NCBI GenBank assembly: GCA_023515725.1
Contig: JALDTO010000098.1
Coordinates: forward strand, 1,018,164 to 1,082,163
Direction: 5' to 3'
Source of the DNA: Amoeboaphelidium protococcarum X5
Taxonomy: Eukaryota; Fungi; Aphelidiomycota
Length of the DNA: 64,000 nucleotides
Shown here piece after piece: positions 15,110 to 26,694 of the stretch. A program made the position numbers and the translations under genes. Numbering within the stretch: the stretch's first letter is position 1; the number at the start of each line of letters is the position of its first letter. A model generated the notes under the pieces. That model saw nothing but the letters and a program-made list of their open reading frames with translations. It was not told the origin of the DNA and searched no databases.

Positions 15110-15358
15110 ATGGATCAACGCGTAGTACTCACACCTAATTAAGCGCTTGTTGATGAGCAGTATGTAACTGAGTAAGAGCGAGAGATGGAAGAGTATCAAC
15201 TGTTTGCCTCTGCTAGACTTCTACCAAAGCATGTGGGATGGTCTTAGTTCTCGTACGCGGTGATTCTAATGCCATTCATCAGTGGTGTCTGTTAAGGATT
15301 TGGTACAGCCACATTTCTATTCTTATTCAAAAAAATAAAACTATTTTGGCGATAATGA
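15110..15358 (+). CDS. Small single-TM protein resembling Mim1/Tom13 (mitochondrial outer-membrane insertase)
   Basis: 82 aa under table 6 (absent from the ORF track): acidic N-terminus, then YAVILMPFISGVCQGFGTATFLFLFKKIK, similar to the Mim1 core LLPFINGMMLGFGE. Confidence 0.5.
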
Positions 15359-15549
15359 ATAAAAAAAGATTGTTAGATTATATAATGATTTAGATTGTAT
15401 TGGTATTTTGGCTTTATTACTCTTCGCTGGTGCTTCTGGAATCGACTTCTCTATGGATGAACAAGAGACGGATTAAACTCGAATAAACCAACAACCAAAT
15501 AAAACGATAGAAATGCATTAAAATCATAGTAATTAAAATTCAAAAGATT

Positions 15550-16464
15550 TCAAACAGTAACCTTGACGCGTTCCTGGTGACTCTGAGCGGCAACATTGTC
15601 AGTAGGCAGCACAGATGTGAAAGACTCACCGCTGTTCAGAGCATCAGCCTTCTTGGACCATCCCTCACGGCTCTTGTAGTAAAAATTCTCCAAGATCACA
15701 TTGACCAGGATAATAGCACTAAAGATTAGGGCAATCACACCAGCAGTCAGACTGGCACCATAGATTGCAGGCTCAACATCCCTGTTCCACTTCTGGCTGA
15801 TAGCAACAAAAGCCCATCCCACAATACCGACAGGGATTGGATCCAACGCAATGGAAGACAGGATGGAACTCAGCGCCACAACCATAATGTAACCAGCAAT
15901 GGCACCGTTTATGTATGCACTCTCAGCCTTGGTGGCGACGACCCAAAGATTGACAAAAGTAGCAACCAGAGTCCAGCCAAAGTAGAAGCGCCATCCACAC
16001 AGCACGAAATACTCCAAGTACGAGTCAGCAGGAGAGAAGCGACGAACCAGACGGATGTAGATGATACTGTTGGTGAGCAAGATCAGAATCAAAAAGACCA
16101 AAGCTGCAGCAGTCTGCTCATACTACCAAACAAAGATCCAACAGATGTTGAAGATGAAGTTGAGCAGTGGAATCACACCCAGACCAAAGTTGAGTGGCGC
16201 AGAATCGTAAGTGGATGGACGCAGCTGGTGGATTCCGTAGACAGCAAGCAGAGCATAGATCAGCCCCCAAATAGTGAAAGCATAGCCAGCAGGAGTGAAA
16301 TAAGTCAGATTACGATCAGAAATTTCACCAGTATTAGTGTTGTTAAGCCTCAGCGATTGAGTCAGACCATTCACCAGAAAGACGGCGATCAAAAATACAA
16401 AGATTACCACTCTAAAGGGAGCAACGTAGCTTCTTGGAACAGTTGTCACAGTTGGAATTGCCAT
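15550..16464 (-). CDS. TspO/MBR-related (tryptophan-rich sensory-like) multi-pass membrane protein
   Basis: Two track ORFs joined by one TAG (16123-16125); motifs TYFTPAGYAFTIWGLIY, NICWIFVW, FYFGWTLVATFVN; about 7-8 TM helices. Confidence 0.75.
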
Positions 16465-17351
16465 ATTATTCTTTTATTGGCTGATGATTGCTTTAAATAA
16501 TTATTATTACAGCGGTTACAATTATCGAGAAATAAGAGGTTGATCGATAAAGAGAAAAGAGATAATTTATTACAACGCGGAGTTCTCACTAGGTGCGTCA
16601 GATTGGGAGTATTACGTCATAGATCACTTACCAAATCACACGCGATTCGCTGGAGGCTTTCGATGGAACAACGCGTTGGTTCAAACAGTTACGATGATGT
16701 CATGAGAAGTGAGAAGTGTATAGCACTAGAAGTTTGAATAAAAACGCGTTTAATATGTTTTTAAAAGTGTATAATCAATAGTAATGAACAAAGTGCTTCA
16801 ACTTGCGGATACGGTGTGTGAGTCATTCTTTACAATCACATTGATGGATCAAATGGCTCTAGCATAGTTACATCAATTTCACGTACGAAGTGTAGTGAAT
16901 TTAATATGATATTGTTGAATGTCATAAAGCTCAGTCAAATAATCGCACTTCATTTACGGCCTTGATAAAGTCAAAGTAAGTCGAACTCAATTTTACACCA
17001 TTCGATCGACGAATGTTAGGCGACTTCACTAAATACGCGAAAAACGATCGAGTTCACATTCATGTACTTTACCTATCTACGGCCAAAGAGTTAAAAGTAA
17101 TAGATTCTACGTTATACACGTGATATCAATAGCAAATAAACTTAGCATTTCATTCGCAGTGCTAGATCATGAATGAACGATCTATCTCAGCACCCGCGCA
17201 GTAACACAGTTTGATCGAGATCACAGTTAGAGCGAGCGCTGCGAATGAATGACGAAATCTTTTCTTTCTTTCTTTCTACCATTATAGTACCTACATAAGG
17301 TAAATCAAAGCATTCTAGTTCTCTAAAAGTTGATAATTATTAATATTAGTA

Positions 17352-18821
17352 ATGCTAAGTAAGATAGTAAGTAGAGCATTAGCTACTACATCTAATGCTG
17401 CACCTCCGAAAAAGACCAAATTCGGCCCGTTGAAGGATCAAGATCGTATCTTCACCAACCTATACGGTTAGTAGGACTGGAGGTTGAAAGGAGCGATGAA
17501 GCGTGGCGATTGGTACAAGACTAAAGAGATTCTGTTGAAGGGAGACAAGTGGATTATCGATGAGATGAAGAAGAGTGGTCTTAGAGGACGTGGTGGAGCC
17601 GGCTTCCCAAGTGGACTGAAATGGTCGTTCATGAATAAGCCCGGGTGGGAGAAGGATCCTCGCCCGAGATACCTGGTGGTCAATGCTGATGAAGGTGAGC
17701 CGGGAACTTGCAAAGACCGAGAGATTATGCGCCATGATCCTCATAAGCTTGTGGAAGGTTGTCTGGTTGCAGGCCGCGCTATGAATGCCACAGCGGCTTA
17801 TATCTACATCCGAGGTGAATTCTACAATGAGGCCAGTAATCTGTAGCAGGCCATTGATGAAGCGTATAAGAACAAGCTGATTGGTAAGAATAGCTGCGGT
17901 ACTGGATACAATTTTGATATCTATCTGCATCGCGGTGCTGGTGCCTATATCTGCGGTGAGGAGACTGCTTTGATTGAGAGTTTGGAAGGTAAGCAGGGTA
18001 AGCCGAGATTGAAGCCTCCATTTCCAGCAGATGTCGGTCTGTTCGGATGTCCAACAACTGTGGCTAATGTTGAGACTGTCGCCGTCGCTCCTACTATATG
18101 CCGCCGTGGTGGTGACTGGTTTGCATCTTTTGGTCGGGAGAGAAATTCTGGTACGAAGCTATTCTGTATCTCCGGACACGTCAATAATCCATGTACGGTT
18201 GAGGAAGAGATGTCTATCCCTCTCCGTGAACTGATCGAGCGTCATTGTGGTGGTGTTCGCGGTGGTTGGGATAATCTTCTGGCTGTGATTCCTGGTGGAT
18301 CTTCTGTACCGCTAATGACGAAACCAATGTGTGATGATGTGTTGATGGATTTCGATTCTCTGAAGGATGTTGGCTCTGGCCTCGGAACTGCTGCAGTCAT
18401 CGTCATGGATAAGTCGACAGATATTGTGGCTGCTATTGCACGTCTATCTGCGTTTTATGCTCACGAGTCTTGTGGATAGTGTACACCGTGCAGAGAGGGA
18501 ACTACTTGGTTGAATAATATTATGAAAAGAATGGTGAAGGGAAATGCAGCTGTGCAGGAAATCGATATGCTTTATGAGCTCACCAAGGAGATTGAAGGTC
18601 ATTCCATTTGCGCGTTGGGAGATGCAGCAGCTTGGCCTGTGCAAGGATTGATTCGCCATCATCGTAAAGAGTTGGAGGACAGGATCAGGTCATTCGGCAA
18701 GAATGTTGTCGGTGGAGTTGATATTGGCGGTGAGGCGCGTTCATCCAGTCTTGCTGTCAAGAACGAGACTGTCAGTAAATTTTACGAATCACACCCTAAA
18801 CCATCATTGCCTTCTAATTGA
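17352..18821 (+). CDS. NDUFV1: NADH dehydrogenase flavoprotein 1 (complex I 51 kDa subunit)
   Basis: [64 protein letters not shown] (Q=TAG); 490 codons with a presequence. Confidence 0.98.
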
Positions 18822-19581
18822 GTTAATGTGTGACTTGATAATAAATGTATCTGACGCTTTTAAATATTTCATATAACTTCATGTTTTATCGACCCTCATT
18901 TTTAGGTGAAAACTGGACCAACTTAATAAAGCGTTACCTCGGACCTTAATTTTATCCATAACCATTGTGTGCATATACACGCGTTAAAGTGCGATTCAGA
19001 CACATCGAATTCCGTGCCTGTTTGAAAGTAAAAAAATAATGCATAAAACCAATTGAAGAAACACACGCTCCCTTGGTAAAAGAATTTTACATCGTTTATA
19101 TTTGACTGAAGCGCATTCCAGTACCGATTAATCGGAATAGGTGCCGCTTCTCATTCCAAATATTGAAATGAGCCAGTGACAAATTATAGACACAAATGTG
19201 TAACAGATAATATATACGTATAACACGGTGGGCAGGACCACGCACGGACGAATGAACGTTCCATCCCATAAATCGTGATGTCACGGATAATGTCAGCAGG
19301 ACTATAAACCGAAACGTTAAAGGTATTCTAAGGGGGGAAAGTGAGAACTATTCGAAAGAGTTGTTAGAAAGACGTTATAGACTTTAATAAAATTTGAGTT
19401 AACCACTCGAATAAAGTCTATTCGCTCATGATTTTCAATATTATACACGCGTAGCACCTCCTCTGCTTCAGTCTAGGAGGCGCTTTGCCATCTTCATGCC
19501 AATCCTTATTGCGACTTTATGACAAGAGTATCTTCTCTCGTCTCCTTCTTTTGCTTACAGCTTCTTTCAATAAACGAAATT

Positions 19582-19959
19582 ATGGATTTGACATTGATTG
19601 TTGGACTTTTAGCCATTGTAAGCTGTGTATTTGCTTTGCCTCCTGTTCAGGATGTGGATTAGTTTGTCTTGAGTTAGTAGAAATTGTATCCTGCGATGGC
19701 GAAGATAACAGTCTACTAATACGATGGTTGTTTTGGAAATGAGCTTCAAGAGATTGTAATATTTCCCGAATAATGTACTCTTTTCTAGCAGTAGAATTAT
19801 GGTGCGTTTTGTGATGAATTCGGAGATTTTATCCTCACTCGTGGCCCTGGGGAGAAGTGCGATGCAAAATTGAATTACTTCCGTTAAGGCGACGATTCGT
19901 GCTTAAAAGTTGGTCGTAATGGCTTTAAGGTTGAGAACTTTGAGTGCTATAAAGATTGA
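19582..19959 (+). CDS. Small secreted cysteine-rich protein (125 aa)
   Basis: MDLTLIVGLLAIVSCVFA-LPP signal-peptide-like start; six Cys in the mature part; TGA stop; visible only under table 6. Confidence 0.7.
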
Positions 19960-20936
19960 GTTGAATAGTGATCTTCGACTGATTGTTATAATAATTTTCT
20001 CAATATTACTTTTTGCGTTTTACTTGTTCCGTGTGGACATCTTTACTGTGTTCACTGAACACTAACAGGACAACGTCTATAACTTGACAGACGCCCTGAT
20101 CAGCGCTTGTGATTGTTTGAATCATGAAACTACTTTAGTCTACTCTAATTTGTTAAAAAGCCTACTGTACAGTGTGACTTCCGAGAAATGTTGTGCATTC
20201 TCCGATTTACACATCTCATGAGCCAAAAAATTGATCCTCTGATAACTGCTGCTGTATTATTATCTCAGTGAAGAACACGTTGTACTTCCTAGCGAATTCA
20301 TCGAGATCAACTGCACTTCTGAACATCACCCTATTGGACACTTATGCTATTGAATCAATAATTCTTTTATTCTAACACTATCTATTAATAAAAAACATCA
20401 GTTAGTAAAATTACTATCATTTGCGTATTAAAACTGCGTCTTCCCAGATTGAACCTGTTGTGCACGCAAGCGCTTTAACCCGACGTGTCAAACTTGTCAA
20501 ATTCCGATTCAGTATTTTAGCAATGCAACCTCGTGAGCAATAGATAAAAGGCTGTTTAAAATTAGTAAGATGAAACAATCTAAGAACCAGATCTTTCAAG
20601 AGCATAGCAATTCGGATTGCACGCTGTTCGATTACAATACTGCTCATGTGAGATCATCACTGATCATTCAGTACTGTTTACAAATCATGCGTTCATCTAG
20701 GATGGAGTGAACGTGTTGCAGATCCAGATGAGTAATTTGGATATGCAGTATTCTCAATTGTTCAATTTATGCGCATGATCGAAACATTGAATTTTGAGTG
20801 AATTGTGACACTTGTTAGAATCGTGATGATTGAAAGTTTGACGCGTAATCATTCGATCATCAAATTCATATAGCACGTATCATGAGCGTCACATCTCTTT
20901 TAGATTGCAAAAGTATCGTCGTTGTAATAAGACAAT

Positions 20937-21853
20937 ATGACTTCGCAAGAAATTCCTTGGTAGGCCCAGGATCAACCTGGCACTCAGCACAAGATGACCC
21001 CGAAACCAATCACGGACAAGATCTTTGATGAGTACACACAGCAGTGGACTGATTACAAGGCATCTGGCAAGTTGGCTGACAAGTGCGCCATCGTCACTGG
21101 TGGAGATTCTGGTATTGGTAAGAGTGTCGCTGCTCTGTTTGCCAAAGAGGGTGCTCATATAGCGGTAGTGTACAATGATAGTGACAAGGATGCTCAAGAT
21201 ACGAAACGTCTGGTAGAAGCAGAGTCTTATAATGGTCAGTAGCGCAAATGTTTCCTGTTCAAGACTGATATTGGTTATGAGAACAACTGCCAAGATGTGG
21301 TGCTGCAGATTAGCGATGCGTTCAAGATCGTTAATCAAAGCGGCAACATTGATATTCTGATCACAATGCCGGCGAGTAGCATGTTGAAGAGGAGATTGAG
21401 AAGATGGAAGGTGATTAGGTGGAGAGAACTTTCCGCACCAACATTTTTGGTATGATCTACCTGTCTAAGCATGTCGTTTAGAAGATGCCAAAAGGTGGCA
21501 AGATTGTGAACTGTTCCTCCATCACCGCCTTTCGTGGCACCAAGATGTTGGTGGATTATTCGTCTACAAAGGGCGCGATCAACTCGTTTACTAGATCTCT
21601 GGCTTAGCAGTTATCTAGCAGAGGAATCCGCGTTAATGCCGTCGCACCTGGTCCAGTGTATACTCCTCTGATTGTCTCAACTATTGGCGGTGATAAATTG
21701 TAATCCTGGTTGGAGAAGAACGAGTAGAACGCCGTGGGACGTGTTGGATATCCAAGTGAGATTGCCACCTGCTTCGTGTTTTTGGCTTCTAATGACTCTT
21801 CCTTTGTTACTGGACAAGTTCTGCTAGCCACCGGAAGTGTAGCTCAAGCATGA
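20937..21853 (+). pseudogene. Classical SDR oxidoreductase (YdaD/YhdF-like) with a 1-nt frameshift
   Basis: AIVTGGDSGIGKSVA, DYSSTKGAI, GIRVNAVAPGPVYTPL. At about 21361 the expected IDILINNAG reads ATC-ACAATGCC (one A missing); span 917 nt = 3n+2. Confidence 0.85.
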
Positions 21854-22233
21854 ATCTTTTACAAACCAGTAGGTGAATTGGAGGTCGAAGCTGTATGAAA
21901 TATGAAATGAAGATACTAAAATTGAATAAAATGATCCTGTAATACCATCTTTTTACGTTTGTATTGATATTCAGAACGTTAATTATATACTGCCCAGGGA
22001 TTGTCAATATCATTGAAAACAGCTTTATAATGGACAGTAAATGCACAAAAATCATCATAGAGCAATGCTCATAAATTCAAGTGGTAAAAACACTGCACTG
22101 GCGATCCTGCATTAAAATTCTGTTAGTTCGCTCACTTAGCAACGGTTGATGGGCTTAAAGTTAACGAGTTACAGTTGCCAAAGTTGGCTATTTTCATGAT
22201 GTTTCGGAAGGAAAAATTCAATTATTTACTGTT

Positions 22234-23781
22234 ATGTCGAAGAACGGGATTTATGGAGAGGCTATAAGGGGGTCTGCAATTACTTGCTTTGGTGCTGCTG
22301 CGTTGATCATTGGCCTCGGAGGAGCCCTTGGCCATGCAATTGCTTATGATTCTCAAGTAAATTATATGCAAAACACTTATATATCGTCATGGTATGCGGC
22401 TATATTCGGTCTGCTTGGATTAAATATTCTGCATCTGGTCCCAAGATAGTCTAATTAGTTATTCTTTTCAAGAGCGACTCAAGTCTTTAACGTGCTATTC
22501 ATTGCTTGGTGTGTGTGCAGCTTGGTAATCGGCGTTGTGTGCTACGGTCTGGTCAAAGAGTGGAATCCATTCTTGTGGTCATTGTCGGCTCTATTCGTGT
22601 GCGGTGTATCTGTGCTCTAACTAATCAGAAGTATTGAAGGTAGTGATGTGGACTCTTTAGATTTAACCAAGTACCCGCTAAAGTTTAAGCTTCTGTCAGC
22701 TTGCATCATAACGGTTCAGGTAATCACTCTCTTTATAAGTGGGTGTTTAAGTGCGGGTGCTATCTCCGCAGCTTATGCCAATTCATTCACTCCACCTGGT
22801 CGCTCTATCTCGGTGTATTTTGAAGGTATAAATCGCTAGGTTACTATATAGCTACACTGTATTGGCACACCATCTCCCTCTCTGCCTACTGTATTCCTAT
22901 TCTCATCGCCTGCTCATGGTATAGTTGACTTTTATGGCTTGCAGTACTACTTGAGTTCTTATAATGGCACTGATCGTCGCGTGTGCTCTTTTGATCCGCC
23001 TGGCTTTGGATGGAGCACTGAGGTTAATCGTGGACAGGATAGTAGCTTTGAACACAGCTACTTAATTATGAAGACCTCTGGCGAATCTGCACCGTGGCAT
23101 GTTGTGGGATGGGGAGGCGGTGGCTCTACTGTAGCGTATCTGGCCTCTAAACACCCATCTGAAATCAAGTCTGCCGCATTTCTGGAGTCTTATCCTCAGG
23201 GAATTGAGTTTGATTATTATGGAGTTTAGAATTCGCTGGACTAGAATCAAGTCAGCGCGTATGCATCTAATTAAATTGTGCAGCGTCTATCACTATCTAA
23301 ACTCATTATCTCTTTGGCAATACCATGGGGACTTATGAGTGTATTCGTGCCCATTCAGCCGCAAGATCCAAACTACTACCCTGCAGAAAAGTGGACCGAG
23401 CTCAAGGTGTAGTCATGGAAGAGTAAAATGTGGATGTCACAATTGGAAGGACTGTTGCAGTAGTAAAAGACGGCTTTCCAAGATGATCCAATGGTAAAGT
23501 TTGCTCCTTTACCATCGACTGTGCCAGTATTCGGAGTGTATTGCAACGTGACTCAGTCGTGTCTGAGAGGATCTCGCAATCTGACTGGATAGGCTTGCGA
23601 TGATCAGATCAAGCAGAATCTATACTACAACGATAGAAAATTTACAATGGTTCGTTCCCTAAGCGCCGATGCAACCATTGTAAGTAATAATGATCTCAAT
23701 TGTACTCTGAGTCTGCCAGTGGTTAAACCGAAATTCACTGCGGAATCCCTGGCTGCACTGTACTCCAGCCGAAATGCATGA
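22234..23781 (+). CDS. Multi-TM membrane protein with C-terminal alpha/beta-hydrolase fold
   Basis: 516-codon frame; about 5 N-terminal TM helices, then QLHCIG, RVCSFDPPGFGWS, PWHVVGWGGGG. Confidence 0.8.
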
Positions 23782-23861
23782 AGATTGTTGATTGATGTTA
23801 AAGTAAAGTAATGGTGATTGCTAATAGATGAATGCTCACTTCATATCACAAATATTATCAC

Positions 23862-24984
23862 TCAAGCAGAATGAGAGTAACCCTTTGGATGCTTCTAATA
23901 AAAATTCCAAGCAGACTCAACAATCTTCTCCACAGACTTGTACTTTCTCTCCCAGCCAAGTACCTGCTCAGCCTTACTCGAACTAGCCACCAATACTGCC
24001 GCATCTCCAGCTCTCCTACAATATCATTCATTATTCGGTTAAAAATTGATCAATGGAAATAGAATAAAATGTAGGATAATACCTCTTTTCAATAACAGCT
24101 GGAATTGGGTGACCAGTAACTTTACGCGCAGCCTCTACAATCTCCTTCACAGTGAATCCTTGACCGCTTCCGAGATTGAATTTATCACTCTTATTCTCTC
24201 TCACCATGTACTCCAATGCCTTGATATGAGCAGTGGCAAGATCAGATACGTGAATATAATCACGAACACATGTACCATCTTTCGTTGGATAATCATCACC
24301 ATAAATTTTAATCTCCTTCCTCTTACCCAGCGGAATTTGAAGAATTACGGGAATAAGATGGGTCTCTGGTTCATGAAACTCACCAATCTCACCAGACTCG
24401 TGAGCTCCACAGGCATTAAAATAACGCAGACAGACACTCTTTATACCATCAGCCTGATCGACCCAGTTCAAAATCTACTCCACCATGTACTTGCTCTCAC
24501 CATACGGATTCAGAGGAAAGACACGATCTCCAGCCTCAATGGGCATACGTTCAGGATCTCCAAACAGGGCAGCAGTCGAAGAGAAGATGAAATATTTGAC
24601 GCCATACTTTTTCATAGCCTGCAACAGAGTGATGGTGGCAGATACGTTGTTCTCATAATACTCCAATGGCTTCTCACACGATTCTGAAACTGAAATTGAC
24701 GCACAGAAATGCATGACAGCATCCGGCTTGTGAGTGGTGAACACCTTGTCCAAGAACTTGGCATCATTAATATTTCCGTGTTCAAAAGAGATCCCCTAAG
24801 GCAGAGCTTCTCTATGACCAGCAGATAAGTTATCCAGAATCACTACTGAATACTTGGGATCCTCCATCATCTCCCTCACCAGATGACTTCCAATATACCC
24901 CGCACCTCCACACACCAGAACCTACACTCAATGCAGTATTAATTTCAGCTCTTCCACTCCAAAAAATAATAACATTACCTTCAT
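23862..24984 (-). CDS. Second UDP-glucose 4-epimerase, bacterial (ETHLIP) type, two introns
   Basis: MK|[73 protein letters not shown]; introns 24922-24978 and 24016-24082. Confidence 0.92.
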
Positions 24985-25418
24985 TGTTGATTAATTAACG
25001 CTTTGAATATTCTAAAAAGGTGACAGATTTAGCAATGATTGTAGTAAAGACTCTTCCTAAGAAACTGTGAAGAAGAACGAGAGCAGCGCATAGACAATTG
25101 CAGAAACGACCAGGCGGAAAGTGTTTCGCTCCATCCACTCAAATCTCCTTCTCTCTAACTGACTCTCTTAGTCTCGCTCGCTGCGTGTTTCTGTCTCCTT
25201 CAATAAAGAAGAATGAATGATAACGCTCGCTCCTTCTGCTGTCTTTAATGAGTGGAAAGTGAAACGTTTCTGATTACAAAAACATTGAACACCCGGAGAT
25301 AGACTCACATTCATTCAAGGAAATCAAATTAATGTGTTCAAGGGGAAAGTAACAACTAAGTAAAAAGAATTTCAATATATTATTCACGAGAATTGACTGC
25401 ATAGACATATATGATCAA

Positions 25419-26258
25419 TCAGTCTCTAGCCATGTCGTACTTAATCTTGGCAATCGCTTTACCAGGCGCTAATCCCTTAGGACAAGTGACAACACAACTC
25501 ATGATGGTGTGACATCTGTAGACTGAAAATTCATCTTGCAACTTTGCGCGACGCTCCTTGGCGAAATCATCACGCGAGTCGCTCATCCAACGGTAGGCTT
25601 GCAGTAGAGCAGCCGGTCCCAGATATTCTTGCTGATTCCACCAGTACGATGGGCAGGATGTTGAGCAGCAGGCACACAGAATACACTCATACAAGCCATC
25701 GAGCTTCTTACGGTCTTCAATAGATTGCAGATTCTCCTTACTCAAATCCTTTGGAGGATCTCTCTGCTTCAAGTATGGCTCGATCGAGCGATACTACTTG
25801 AAAAAGTGAGTCAAATCAGGCACCAGATCCTTGACAACATACATGTGAGGCAGTGGATAAATCTTCTGAGGCTTGTCACTGTCCGCTTTGATGCGAGAGA
25901 GACAGGCCAGAGTATTACGACCATCAATGTTCATGGCACAACTACCACAAATTCCCTCTCTGCATGAGCGTCTGAATGTCAGCGATGGATCATCCTCATT
26001 CTTAATCTTAATCAGAGCATCCAGCACCATGGGGCCACAGTTGGCAGTATCCACCTCATAAGTTTGCATGTGCGGCTTCTTTTCCGGCTCATGTGGATTC
26101 CAGCGGTAGATTTCAAACTTTTTTATTTTTGGAGCCTTGGTGGCAGTGTCTGGACGAGTGTCCTTGCTAGTAGCTAGTGCTCTATTCAAGACTAGATTAC
26201 TAGTTTTTATTAGTTGATTCTTGGCAATGGTGTTGCTAATAGCTTATTTTATCATCAT
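25419..26258 (-). CDS. SDHB: Succinate dehydrogenase iron-sulfur subunit
   Basis: [45 protein letters not shown]; 280 codons. Confidence 0.98.
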
Positions 26259-26694
26259 GACGTAAGTGACTGAGTAAAGAATTTGAGAGGAAAGAATTAA
26301 GCGATCACATGAAATTGAAATCAGATTCTAAACGCTGTTGCGCTTTTCGCGCAGCTTAGAGGAAAATACATTTCAATGTTGAAACTTGACGATGTAATAT
26401 GGTATCTCTTATGAAGCATTCATTGAAACTGAATACTGATTTACCCTATGTTATAGTTCTTGCCTTTAAAAAATGAATGATATTTTAAATTGGTGTGTAT
26501 TATCAATTATCTTAGGAAAGAACATATCGGTAAATCATTTGGTAAACTTAACACTCGAATCTATCGGTAAATTCCCACCAAATTCATAGTATCAGATTAT
26601 ATTATATAACAGTTCCTCATGCGTAATAGTATCTAAGCCCAAATTTAATTCGACGTTAAGCTGTCAATTGCCTGAAATCCTTTAAAATTACGAA

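Noticed and set aside
14817-15263. About 150-codon table-6 frame overlapping the Mim1-like ORF
   Set aside because: No recognisable features; the nested frame is more protein-like. Cannot be fully excluded.
20000-20800. Coding-like fragments on both strands
   Set aside because: Interrupted by several TGA codons with no identifiable family.
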